A stretch of DNA of 64,000 bases from assembly GCA_963754875.1 (NCBI GenBank), contig CAVWHO010000021.1, forward strand, positions 96,001 to 160,000, given 5' to 3'. The notes under the pieces are model-generated. The model worked only from the letters and a program-made list of their open reading frames with translations. It was not told the origin of the DNA and did no database searches. Below, one piece after another: positions 8,845 through 17,695 of the stretch (position 1 is the stretch's first letter; each line of letters starts with the position of its first letter). Made by a program: the position numbers and the translations under genes. The DNA comes from Nitrospirota bacterium (GTDB lineage Bacteria > Nitrospirota > UBA9217).

Positions 8845-9921
8845 ATGAAGACTGATAAACTAATATCCAAAGTAACAAGAGGCGAACGCCTCGCCCCGGA
8901 AGAAGGTCTTGCCCTTTTCAAACAATCTGACCTCCTCACCTTGGGCGAGCTTGCGAACAGCATTCGGCAGCGTCTGCATCCGGAACGGCTGGTGACCTTC
9001 ATCGTTGACCGGAACATCAACTACACGAATATCTGCATTAATCGTTGCAAATTCTGTGCGTTCTACCGTGATGTTGACAGTCCAGAAGCGTATATTCTGT
9101 CGAAAGACGATATTTTCAAAAAGATCGAGGAAACCATCGCACAGAGCGGAACCCAGATTCTCATGCAAGGCGGGGTGCATCCCGATCTCGGCATTGAGTA
9201 TTTCGAAGACCTGTTCTCGTCGATTAAAGAACGTTTCACTATCCAGATCCATTCTCTTTCCCCTGCCGAGATATCATTTCTTGCGAAAAAAGCAAATATA
9301 AGCGTTCTCGATACTCTTACGCGCCTAAGGGCTTCCGGTCTGGATTCGATTCCCGGAGGAGGCGCTGAGATCCTTGTGGACAGGGTCAGAAAAAAAGTGA
9401 GTCCAAATAAAATCCGTTGGAAACAGTGGGCGGAGGTAATGAGGACAGCCCAGCAAATCGGCATGCCTACGACCGCCACGATGATGTTCGGCAGCCTGGA
9501 AACAGACAAGGAGATCATTGAACATTTGGTCAGGCTCCGAGATGTTCAGGATGAGACCCGTGGATTTACTGCCTTTATCCCCTGGACCTATCAGCCGGGC
9601 AATACCGAACTGGGAGGCAGGTCTGCCACGGCAGTGGAATATCTGAAAGTGCTCGCACTGTCGCGCATCATGCTCGACAATTTTGACAACATCCAGGCGT
9701 CGTGGGTAACTCAAGGAGCGAAAATAGCACAAGTAGCATTGGAATTCGGTGCGAATGACTTCGGCAGCACCATGATCGAGGAGAATGTCGTTGCCGCAGC
9801 AGGAGTTTCCTTCAGGATGACCAAACAAGAGATCATGAATGTCATCAGAGATGCAGGATATATTCCAGCACAACGTGATACCAGATACAATATTCTGAAG
9901 AAGTATGACCTCAAGTTATAA
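8845..9921 (+). CDS. mqnC: Cyclic dehypoxanthine futalosine synthase MqnC
   Basis: DRNINYTNICINRCKFCAFYR, QILMQGG, TATMMFG, NIQASWVTQG, GANDFGSTMIEENVV. Confidence 0.93.
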   Translation: MKTDKLISKVTRGERLAPEEGLALFKQSDLLTLGELANSIRQRLHPERLVTFIVDRNINYTNICINRCKFCAFYRDVDSPEAYILSKDDIFKKIEETIAQSGTQILMQGGVHPDLGIEYFEDLFSSIKERFTIQIHSLSPAEISFLAKKANISVLDTLTRLRASGLDSIPGGGAEILVDRVRKKVSPNKIRWKQWAEVMRTAQQIGMPTTATMMFGSLETDKEIIEHLVRLRDVQDETRGFTAFIPWTYQPGNTELGGRSATAVEYLKVLALSRIMLDNFDNIQASWVTQGAKIAQVALEFGANDFGSTMIEENVVAAAGVSFRMTKQEIMNVIRDAGYIPAQRDTRYNILKKYDLKL

Positions 9922-10071
9922 TATTAGGTTAGAAAAAAAGGTAACATTACTGACCACGTTGCGTATTTTCCCCACCTTGGAAAAAGCAACTGATATAACC
10001 CTTGCCCCATATTTCTAAAGCAATTCTTCTCTGCTACAAAAAAACATCGAAGAACTAGAGGCTTATCCTTG

Positions 10072-10201
10072 CTTTACACAAAGTATGTTGATAACCTGTT
10101 ATTAACTCTGTTAATATCTTTTTTTTAGATGCTACATACGTAACGAAAATGTAATTTGCACAATAAATAGGCATAAATTGTTTTTTAATATCAGTATGTT
10201 A
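10072..10201. promoter_or_regulatory. DnaA-box cluster with Fis-like and IHF sites (DARS/datA/oriC-like)
   Basis: CTTTACACA (10072, +); reverse boxes TGTTGATAA (10086), TGTTATTAA (10097), TGTTAATAT (10109); Fis-like GCACAATAAATAGGC (10158-10172); IHF TATCAGTATGTTA (10189-10201). Lies between convergent genes. Confidence 0.55.
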
Positions 10202-11476
10202 TAAAATTTTTGCGAAATTCCCCTCTGTTTTTACATCTTTAATGAGTACATTAATTTTTTTGCCGATATGTGCCGATTCAGCACCCGAAATTTGTACTCT
10301 TATATAGTTATCTGTGAGGCCTGAGAGCAACCCAGATTGAGCGTCTGCCTTGTCTTCAACTACAACCTTCAATGACATGCCGATATGCTTCTTTCTAAAA
10401 GCAAGGTTTTTCTTCATACCGAGGTTCCGTAGTTCTTCGCTGCGTCTCTTTTTTACCTGATCAGGCACCTGATTTTCCATATCAGCTGCTGCTGTTCCCG
10501 GACGCGGCGAAAAACTGAAAACATGCAGGTGGGTGAGAGGTGTTTTCTCTACGAGTTCGAGCGTATTATTAAATTCTGTGTTCCCTTCTCCGGGATAGCC
10601 AACCATAATGTCCGCGCCGAGTGCGATTCCGGGTACTTGATTCGCAATCCGTCCAAGCAGTCCAAGATAAAAATTGGCGGAATAATCGCGCTTCATTGAC
10701 GCCAGAACAGAGTCGTCACCGCTCTGGAGCGGAATATGCAGATGTCTGCAGAGACCGGAACCGAGCATACTGATCATCCCGTCCGTTATTTCTCTGGGTT
10801 CGATGGAACTCAGGCGTATACGGGATCCTCCCCGCTTTGCAATCAGCATTTTGACCAGGCTCGTGAGATCAGTCTGGTCAGGTAGATCGATGCCATACGA
10901 GCCGATATGGATGCCGGTGAGCACAATTTCAGGACACTCATCCTTCACAAGACGATCAAATTCCTTAATGACTTCTTCCGGATGAGCACTCCGGGAACTG
11001 CCCCGCGCAAGAGGTACGATGCAATAGGAACACTGATTGTTACAACCGTCTTGGACCTTGAGAAACTCGCGCGTCCTGCCGGGGACGGACTGTACCTGAG
11101 TATTGTTCTTTATTAAACGTCCGTTACTTGCCGGTGAAGTGATAGACGACATGATTTGTTCGGAAATTGTCGCTTTATCGCGATTATCGAATACGAAATC
11201 TACTCCTGGTATTTTTTTAATTTCATCGGGCCGCGTAGAAGCATAACAACCGGTAACGACAACTTTTGCGCCCTGACCGCGTCGTACTGTTGACCTGATT
11301 GTCTGGCGGCACTGGTAGTCGCTTTTTGCGGTGACCGAGCAGGTATTGATGATATAGACATCCGCCTCGGCATCGAAGGGAACGATCCTGTTTCCCCGTG
11401 CTTCAAAGTCCTGGCGCAAAACGTCCGTTTCATACTGGTTGATCTTGCATCCGAGGGTCGTAAAGGCTATTCGCAT
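10199..11476 (-). CDS. mtaB: tRNA t6A37 methylthiotransferase MtaB
   Basis: MRIAFTTLGCKINQYET, INTCSVT, VTGCYA, KVQDGCNNQCSYC, LTGIHIGSYG, TDNYI. Confidence 0.9.
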   Translation of the reverse strand: MRIAFTTLGCKINQYETDVLRQDFEARGNRIVPFDAEADVYIINTCSVTAKSDYQCRQTIRSTVRRGQGAKVVVTGCYASTRPDEIKKIPGVDFVFDNRDKATISEQIMSSITSPASNGRLIKNNTQVQSVPGRTREFLKVQDGCNNQCSYCIVPLARGSSRSAHPEEVIKEFDRLVKDECPEIVLTGIHIGSYGIDLPDQTDLTSLVKMLIAKRGGSRIRLSSIEPREITDGMISMLGSGLCRHLHIPLQSGDDSVLASMKRDYSANFYLGLLGRIANQVPGIALGADIMVGYPGEGNTEFNNTLELVEKTPLTHLHVFSFSPRPGTAAADMENQVPDQVKKRRSEELRNLGMKKNLAFRKKHIGMSLKVVVEDKADAQSGLLSGLTDNYIRVQISGAESAHIGKKINVLIKDVKTEGNFAKIL

Positions 11477-12778
11477 AACTGGCCGGTGAGGGAGCTTAAT
11501 CCAGCGGAGGTTATTGTTACGCTGACAAGCGAGCCGATGAGCGAGGCGGGAGCCGCAACATTTACCACCTTGTTTCCCCGTGTCCTTCCAGTAAGTTTCC
11601 CGCCCTTTTTGCTCGATGCCGTCGATGAGTATTTCTCTGACAGTACCGACCTGGGCCTTATTTTTTTCAATCGTGATCTCTTTCTGGAGCGACAGGACCT
11701 GATCCAGCCTTTTTTCCTTGATGTCTTCCGGCACGTGGTCTGCCAACTTGAGCGCGACGGTCCCCGGCCTCTTCGAATACTTGAATGCAAAGATGCCGTC
11801 GTAGCGAACATCCTTGAGCAAATGTATGGTCCGTTCAAAGTCCTGATCTTTCTCACCCGGAAACCCGACGATAATATCCGTGGTCAGAGCAATGTCAGGG
11901 ACCGACGTCCGCAGTTTCTTTATCCTGTCCAGGTATTCGTTGCGGGAATATTTTCTGTTCATGGCAGAAAGAATGCGGTCCGAGCCGCTCTGGACGGGTA
12001 AGTGCAGTGATTCGCAGACCTTGGGGATATCTCGTAGTGCATTCACCAGCCTGTCCGACAGGTCTCGGGGATGTGAAGTCACGAACCTGACGCGCTCAAT
12101 GCCGTCAATCTCGTTCACCAGCCGCAGGAGCTCCGGGAAATCAATATCTTCTTCCAGGCCTTTTCCGTACGAGTTCACGTTCTGGCCCAGCAACGTCACT
12201 TCTTTAAAACCCTTCAACGCAAGATCGCGGACTTCACTCACGATGTCGTTCGGTCGACGAGACCGTTCCCTGCCCCGAAGATACGGCACAACGCAGTAGG
12301 TGCAAAAATTATCGCACCCATACATGATGGAAACCCATGCTTTCAATCCGTCGGCGCGTGCAGTCGGGATACGTTTCCGGTGGTAATCGGGGTCTCCGGT
12401 AGTGTCGATCAAGGGAGCAGGCCGCAAGAGCTTCTGGTCTACCAGCGATGACAGCTTCCCGATGTCGGACGGGCCGAATATCATATCAACATAGGGAGCA
12501 CGGGTCAGAATCCGGGCGCCTTCCTGCTGGGCGATGCATCCGGCGACGGCAATCTTGAGCCCGGGATTGGCAGCCTTGAGATGCTTCAACCTGCCGAGCT
12601 CGCTGTAAAATTTCTGTTCCGCTTTTTCACGAATGCTGCACGTATTCAGAATGATCATGTCCGCACCTTCGGCGCCGGATAGCGAAGAGCAACCTCGCTC
12701 TTCGAGAATTCCCGTCATCCGCTCGGAATCATGCTCATTCATCTGGCATCCGAAAGTAATAATATGGAACGATTTCAT
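11467..12778 (-). CDS. miaB: tRNA i6A37 methylthiotransferase MiaB; 1-nt frameshift near 11617
   Basis: TFGCQMNEHDSE, NTCSIREKAE, GCDNFCTYCVVP. The TRAM end (GRTRGNKVVNV...LTGQLCE*) is in another frame that stops at 11467. Confidence 0.9.
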
Positions 12779-12859
12779 GGCAACATTATAATCCGCTGCT
12801 GGGAGTTAAACAAGAGGTATGTCGGAAAGAACCGAACGGAAGAGCAACGATGTGCATTA

Positions 12860-13657
12860 TCACGAAATAACCATACGGACGACTTCTCCGCGCTTGATTG
12901 CCAGGGCCGTGCGGGCGTTTTGCCGATACAGAAATATTTCGAGAGCACCCGAGTTGTTCACAATCGCTCCGGGTTCACCAGGGGCCGCTTCTGCATAATA
13001 TTTTTTCAATCCCTTTATTTCTTTGCCTGCGGCGGTGACCGTCGCGGCGCTCAAATCAGTACCTTCGGACATGAACGGCTGGATATGCTTGTGGGTAATG
13101 TTCGTGATAAGGTTGCCGAACCGGTCGATGTGCACAATGTTGCCTTCAATGCTGTTGCCGCTGACTTTCGGAGAAGGAATATTCAGTTTTGTGTAATCGG
13201 TAATTTCTTCGCCGAAATTCCCCGATGGGATACCCTTGGCAAGCCAGCCGGCAACGGGCGCAAAAACGTCCCTGCCGTGAAACGTGGGGCCCGGGTTCGG
13301 CAGAAAATAGTGCGTCGAGGTGATGTGATGTATTCTCAGCCGTTCCGCTTCCTGGTAAATGAGGCTGAACAGGCCATTGTCAGGACCAACGAAATAAAAA
13401 CTTTCAGTCACGGCAATGATCGGTCTCCTGCCGCTGCCCACACCGGGGTCGACGATAGCAAGATGAACAGTTCCCTTCGGGAAATGGCTGTAAGCGGACT
13501 TCAGCGTGTATGCTGCTTCCCAGATGTCCTGCGGGCCAATTTCGTTGGAAATGTCTATGATCTGCGTCTGAGGGTTAATTTTAAGTATAACCCCTTTCAC
13601 GCTGGCCGTGAAGCCATCTCTGCTGCCGAAGTCGGTTGTAAGAGTAATAATCGGCAT
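12860..13657 (-). CDS. SAM hydroxide adenosyltransferase (DUF62)
   Basis: IITLTTDFG, VDPGVGSGRR, GPDNG, TFHGRDVFAP, HIDRFGN. Confidence 0.9.
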   Translation of the reverse strand: MPIITLTTDFGSRDGFTASVKGVILKINPQTQIIDISNEIGPQDIWEAAYTLKSAYSHFPKGTVHLAIVDPGVGSGRRPIIAVTESFYFVGPDNGLFSLIYQEAERLRIHHITSTHYFLPNPGPTFHGRDVFAPVAGWLAKGIPSGNFGEEITDYTKLNIPSPKVSGNSIEGNIVHIDRFGNLITNITHKHIQPFMSEGTDLSAATVTAAGKEIKGLKKYYAEAAPGEPGAIVNNSGALEIFLYRQNARTALAIKRGEVVRMVIS

Positions 13658-13689
13658 CTGATCCTCGATGGTGAATAAAAGATGGAGGA

Positions 13690-13718
13690 ATAATAACAGT
13701 ACATCTTTGCTTTGTCAA
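13690..13718 (-). promoter_or_regulatory. Sigma70-type promoter for the DUF62 gene
   Basis: Minus strand TTGACA-17 nt-TATTAT. Confidence 0.55.
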
Positions 13719-13720
13719 TC

Positions 13721-13744
13721 CAAAGATACAGCCAAAGATGCAGC
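13721..13744 (+). repeat. 12-bp tandem direct repeat between divergent promoters
   Basis: CAAAGATACAGC CAAAGATGCAGC; an inverted partial copy (gtacatctttg) at 13699-13709. Confidence 0.6.
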
Positions 13745-13788
13745 TGAAAATTTACTCTTGCCAGAAGCGCGATTTTTCGGAGTTTGCC

Positions 13789-13816
13789 TTGACAAAGACG
13801 GCGGGTATGTTATGCT
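13789..13816 (+). promoter_or_regulatory. Sigma70-type promoter for the cytochrome c gene
   Basis: TTGACA-16 nt-TATGCT with an extended -10 TG. Confidence 0.5.
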
Positions 13817-13856
13817 TTGAACAAATTTCGTTGAATTTATTATCGGAGGTGTCCAC

Positions 13857-14204
13857 ATGAAAAGAAGCGCTCTGTTTGTTCTCATTGTTCTGGTAACTGT
13901 TGTCGGTGTCAATATCGTGTTTGCCGCGGAAGGTGCTTCAATAGAAAAAGGGAAGGCATTATTTAATGACCTCAAGCTCGGCACCACGGGGAAATCATGC
14001 AATACCTGTCACCCTGACGGGAAAAATATTCAGCAAGCGGGGACCAAGAGCAACCTCGACCAGATCGTAAATGCATGTATTACGCATTCGATCAAGGGCA
14101 AAGCCCTTGACCCGCAGTCCGTAGAAATGCAATCACTTCTTCTCTATATCAGGAGCCTTGGCGCCAAACCTGCTGCAAAAGCCAAACCGGCTGTGGGATG
14201 TTAA
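13857..14204 (+). CDS. Small periplasmic monoheme cytochrome c
   Basis: RBS GGAGGT, signal peptide, CNTCH, extra Cys in IVNACI, C-terminal AVGC. Confidence 0.85.
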   Translation: MKRSALFVLIVLVTVVGVNIVFAAEGASIEKGKALFNDLKLGTTGKSCNTCHPDGKNIQQAGTKSNLDQIVNACITHSIKGKALDPQSVEMQSLLLYIRSLGAKPAAKAKPAVGC

Positions 14205-14244
14205 TTATCATTCCTGATTGTCTGCTATCACTTCCCTGGCCATG

Positions 14245-14919
14245 TCAGGGAAGTGATAGAATTTTGTCAACTAGGGGTACGAAGTTTTTCTCGTCATAAG
14301 AAACATTGCCCAGAATAGGCAGTTTTGACAGTTTTGCGATTACTGAAAAGCTTGTTTTTTCCGCCAATCCCGCTTTTTCATCAGCAGCATAGTTGATGAT
14401 AATGCCCGCAATCGAGATGTCCCGCACTCGAAGCGCAGAAACAGTCAACAGTGTGTGGTTGATAGTTCCGAGTCCCGGCCTTGCTACGATCACAACCGGC
14501 AGCCTCAGTGTATAAGCGAGGTCCTGGTACGTATAACGAGGTGACAACGGCACCATGATACCACCTGCCCCTTCAACGATCATGAATTCATGCCTCTTGC
14601 AGAGGGTCTTGAATGAACGGATAATTATTCTCGGATCGATCTTTTTCCCGGCGCGTTCAGCGGCGACAGAAGGCGCAAGCGGTTCCCTGAATCTATAGGG
14701 GTTGATGAGAGCGAGGGAGTCGTTACATCCTGCAGCCTTCATAAGGCGCACTGCGTCAGCGGGGACCAGTCTTCCGGCCCGATGACGGCAGCCGGTCTCT
14801 GCGGGCTTCATCACCCCGACGTTTATGTCCCGGTCACGCAGACCTGACGCCAGACCTTTGGCAATGTAGGTTTTCCCAACGCCAGTGTCCGTTCCTGTTA
14901 TAAAAATACCTTTGGTCAT
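14245..14919 (-). CDS. bioD: Dethiobiotin synthase
   Basis: FITGTDTGVGKT, MKPAETG, VEGAGG, LGTINHT. Confidence 0.95.
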   Translation of the reverse strand: MTKGIFITGTDTGVGKTYIAKGLASGLRDRDINVGVMKPAETGCRHRAGRLVPADAVRLMKAAGCNDSLALINPYRFREPLAPSVAAERAGKKIDPRIIIRSFKTLCKRHEFMIVEGAGGIMVPLSPRYTYQDLAYTLRLPVVIVARPGLGTINHTLLTVSALRVRDISIAGIIINYAADEKAGLAEKTSFSVIAKLSKLPILGNVSYDEKNFVPLVDKILSLP

Positions 14920-14962
14920 ATGATGCTTCCGCAAAGTGCATGGAGTACGGGTGTTCCTCTGC

Positions 14963-15703
14963 TCAGAGCACCCTGCTGTCAAGATTAAAGACTTGTCCCG
15001 AGACATTATTCATCAGGGATAGACGATAAACAAAATCTGCAACCTCGTCCGGTTCAGAGATTCTGCCGAGTGCGTTCTCCCCGAGTATCCGAGCAAGTAC
15101 AGCATCTGATATTTTCTCCCCCATGTCGGTCGGTATATACCCTGGCAAAAGGGCATTTACTTTTATATTAAAGCGGCCCAGTTCCTGTGCGCAGGCTTTC
15201 GTGAAACCGATAAGGCCCGCTTTTGAGGCCGAATAGTTGGCCTGCCCTTCTCTGCCTTGAATACCCGTAATGGAAGAAATATTTATAATATGGCCTTGCT
15301 TTTGTTTGACCATAACTTTGGCTGCAGCGCGGACACAATGGAACGGGCCAGAGAGATTCGTGGCAATCACATCGTCCCAATCATTTTCTGCCATCCGGAG
15401 AACAACACGGTCTCGTGTCATGCCGGCGTTGTTTATGAGAATGTCTACGGTCCCCCATCGTTCGACCGTGTCACTGATCATCTTGTCTACGGCAACGCTG
15501 ATTCCGACATCGGCACAACTGGAAAAAGATTCCCCTCCCAGATGCTGAATCTCGTCGACGACAACAGCTGCTTCCTGTTCACGGGAAAGATAATTCACCA
15601 CGACGCGGTCGCCGCTCCTTCCGAAACAAAGGGCGATCGATTTGCCCAAACCGCGCGAGGCCCCGGTCACAATGACAACCCGGTTTTTCCCGGCCGGCTT
15701 CAC
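14963..15703 (-). CDS. fabG: 3-oxoacyl-ACP reductase (FabG-like SDR) inside the bio operon
   Basis: TGASRGLG, NNAGMTRD, GQANYSASKAG, PGYIPTDM. Confidence 0.75.
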   Translation of the reverse strand: MKPAGKNRVVIVTGASRGLGKSIALCFGRSGDRVVVNYLSREQEAAVVVDEIQHLGGESFSSCADVGISVAVDKMISDTVERWGTVDILINNAGMTRDRVVLRMAENDWDDVIATNLSGPFHCVRAAAKVMVKQKQGHIINISSITGIQGREGQANYSASKAGLIGFTKACAQELGRFNIKVNALLPGYIPTDMGEKISDAVLARILGENALGRISEPDEVADFVYRLSLMNNVSGQVFNLDSRVL

Positions 15704-16860
15704 GTGAGCAACCCCTTTTCACGTACGTTCCTAACAGCAGCCAGCGCTGCATCTATATCCTGATCTGAAAAATTTGCCATGACTGTCATCCGTATTCTCG
15801 AGGTACCCTCCGGTACCGTGGGCGGTCTGATAGCGGTTGCAAAAATCCCAGACTCGAACAATGTTGCCCCTGCTTTCAGCGCCTTCTCCGCATCACCTAC
15901 CATCAAGGGCAGAATGGGCGTTTTCGAACAACCTATTTCGATTCCGAGAGAGTTCAAACCTGCAATAAGACGTTCTCGATTGCGCCAGAGTTTTTCTCTC
16001 CTCGCGGGATCGTTTTCGACGATTTTAAGCGCAGCAAGCGAGGCAGCACAGACAGCAGGAGGAAGCGCAGTACTGAAGATGTAGCTTCGGGAGCGATTAA
16101 TGAGAAAGTCTATGAGGTCCCTGTTCCCGGCAACATAAGCCCCGAAGGAACCGAGGGCCTTTCCGAGAGTGCCCATCTGTATGGGAACACGGCCTTCCAG
16201 ACCGAAATGCTCAACAGTCCCCCGGCCGCCTTCCCCGAGTACTCCAGTGGCATGCGCATCATCAACCATCAGGAGTGCGTCATATTTTTCTGCAAGTGCG
16301 ACGAGGTCCGGAAGTGGAGCAATGTCCCCATCCATGCTGAAAACGCCGTCCGTGACGATCAGCCTCCTTCGGGCTACGGCGGAATCCTTCAGCAGCGTCT
16401 CCAGGTGGTCCATATCCTTGTGAGCGAAGACCTTAAGAGAAGCCCTGCTGAGACGACAGCCATCGATAATGCTCGCGTGGTTCAAGCTGTCACTGAAGAC
16501 CGCATCCCCTTCCTGCGCAAGTGCGGTAATGACACCCGTGTTTGCTGCGTATCCTGAATTGAAAAGGATTGCAGCTTCTGTTTTTTTGAACTGCGATAAT
16601 TTTTGTTCCAGTTCCTGGTGAAGCCCACTCGTGCCGGAAACCAGGCGGGATGCGCCCGAGCCGAAGCCATATTTTTCCATGGCCGATATCGCTGCTTCTT
16701 TGAGTGCGGGATGCTGTGAAAGGCCGAGATAGTTATTGGAACACATGAGCAGCAGGCTCCTGCGGTTGATCGTAATTTTGGGTCCATCATACGATTCCAC
16801 AATGAGCGGCCTTCTGAGGAGGTGCTGCTTTTCCAATTGTGACAATTCGTGTTCAAACAT
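15700..16860 (-). CDS. bioF: 8-amino-7-oxononanoate synthase
   Basis: CSNNYLGL, GSGASRLVSG, NHASIIDG, DDAHATG, GTLGKA, IRPPTVP. Confidence 0.95.
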   Translation of the reverse strand: MFEHELSQLEKQHLLRRPLIVESYDGPKITINRRSLLLMCSNNYLGLSQHPALKEAAISAMEKYGFGSGASRLVSGTSGLHQELEQKLSQFKKTEAAILFNSGYAANTGVITALAQEGDAVFSDSLNHASIIDGCRLSRASLKVFAHKDMDHLETLLKDSAVARRRLIVTDGVFSMDGDIAPLPDLVALAEKYDALLMVDDAHATGVLGEGGRGTVEHFGLEGRVPIQMGTLGKALGSFGAYVAGNRDLIDFLINRSRSYIFSTALPPAVCAASLAALKIVENDPARREKLWRNRERLIAGLNSLGIEIGCSKTPILPLMVGDAEKALKAGATLFESGIFATAIRPPTVPEGTSRIRMTVMANFSDQDIDAALAAVRNVREKGLLT

Positions 16861-16867
16861 AGGTTCT

Positions 16868-17692
16868 TTATGAATGTCCGGTCAGGGATTCACTATATTC
16901 TTCAAGTCCGATCGCTGCATTGAATCTGCCGGTCTCATTGATGATGACGGGTTCGCTCTGCAAGTGCTCGATCAATGCGTCAAGGACCAGTTTTGTCGGA
17001 TCAACAAAAATTACCCGCCCGCCCTTTTGGTCGTCCTTTTTTTTGAGATGGGGAAAGCGTACATACCCCTGCAGAGATGCAACATACCCTGCTGTGTAAT
17101 CTGGATCATCGGACCAGCAAAGCTCGGCGATAACAGCCGGAGCGTTAGCGACTTTGGTAGCCAGGGCGAGAGCTTCGCGGGTGCGGAAATGCGTAAGGCC
17201 CAAGGCATGAAGACGCTCGTTGACCAGGGTGGAAGCGCTATCGGCATAATCAAACCGCGAGACACGTATACCACGTTCCTGGTCCGGTTCAAGCCGTTCG
17301 CCGTTTTGGGCATCCATGACGATAGAGCCGCGCATAGTTTTTCCTGAAGGAGAAGCACCGTTGCTGAGCAAGGTGATCGCCCGGCTCACGGCTTGGCCTG
17401 ATACGCCGAGTTTCTTAAGGGTCATGGCTGCTGCTGTTCTGCCTGCATGCAGTTCCGGGGCATTCACCGTAAGGACGTCAAGAGCGCTCAAGAACCGGAC
17501 TGGCAAGTTCTGAAGACTCTCAATATTGATCGCAATGGTGCCGGGGAGAATGCCTTTCGACCTGGCGCGGGCAAGTAGGCTTTTCACAATGTCGTCAATG
17601 TTTTTGGCGCAGGAAATCCTCTCTGCGCCTGAGATGTGCTGTTCGCCTTTCGATGCCCGCATACGGATGCTGTAGAGCGTTTCCTCTGTCAT
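16868..17692 (-). CDS. bioW: 6-carboxyhexanoate-CoA ligase
   Basis: YSIRMRAS..HISGAERI, GIRVS, EALALATKV, ELCWSDDPDYTAGYVA. Confidence 0.93.
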   Translation of the reverse strand: MTEETLYSIRMRASKGEQHISGAERISCAKNIDDIVKSLLARARSKGILPGTIAINIESLQNLPVRFLSALDVLTVNAPELHAGRTAAAMTLKKLGVSGQAVSRAITLLSNGASPSGKTMRGSIVMDAQNGERLEPDQERGIRVSRFDYADSASTLVNERLHALGLTHFRTREALALATKVANAPAVIAELCWSDDPDYTAGYVASLQGYVRFPHLKKKDDQKGGRVIFVDPTKLVLDALIEHLQSEPVIINETGRFNAAIGLEEYSESLTGHS

Positions 17693-17695
17693 GAC

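Noticed and set aside
10199..12778. 859-aa MiaB-MtaB fusion in the ORF track
   Set aside because: The normal MiaB TRAM end is in another frame and stops at 11467, overlapping the mtaB ATG. One indel near 11617 creates the fusion.
12860..13657. Fluorinase or chlorinase
   Set aside because: The Asp/Arg/His motifs (VDPGVG..RR, TFHGRD) fit the hydroxide-using DUF62 type, and there is no halometabolite context.
12731..13678. 315-aa plus-strand ORF and similar long antisense ORFs (38551..39354, 40411..41241, 49977..50768, 61440..62345)
   Set aside because: Shadow frames opposite well-supported genes, with no recognisable motifs.
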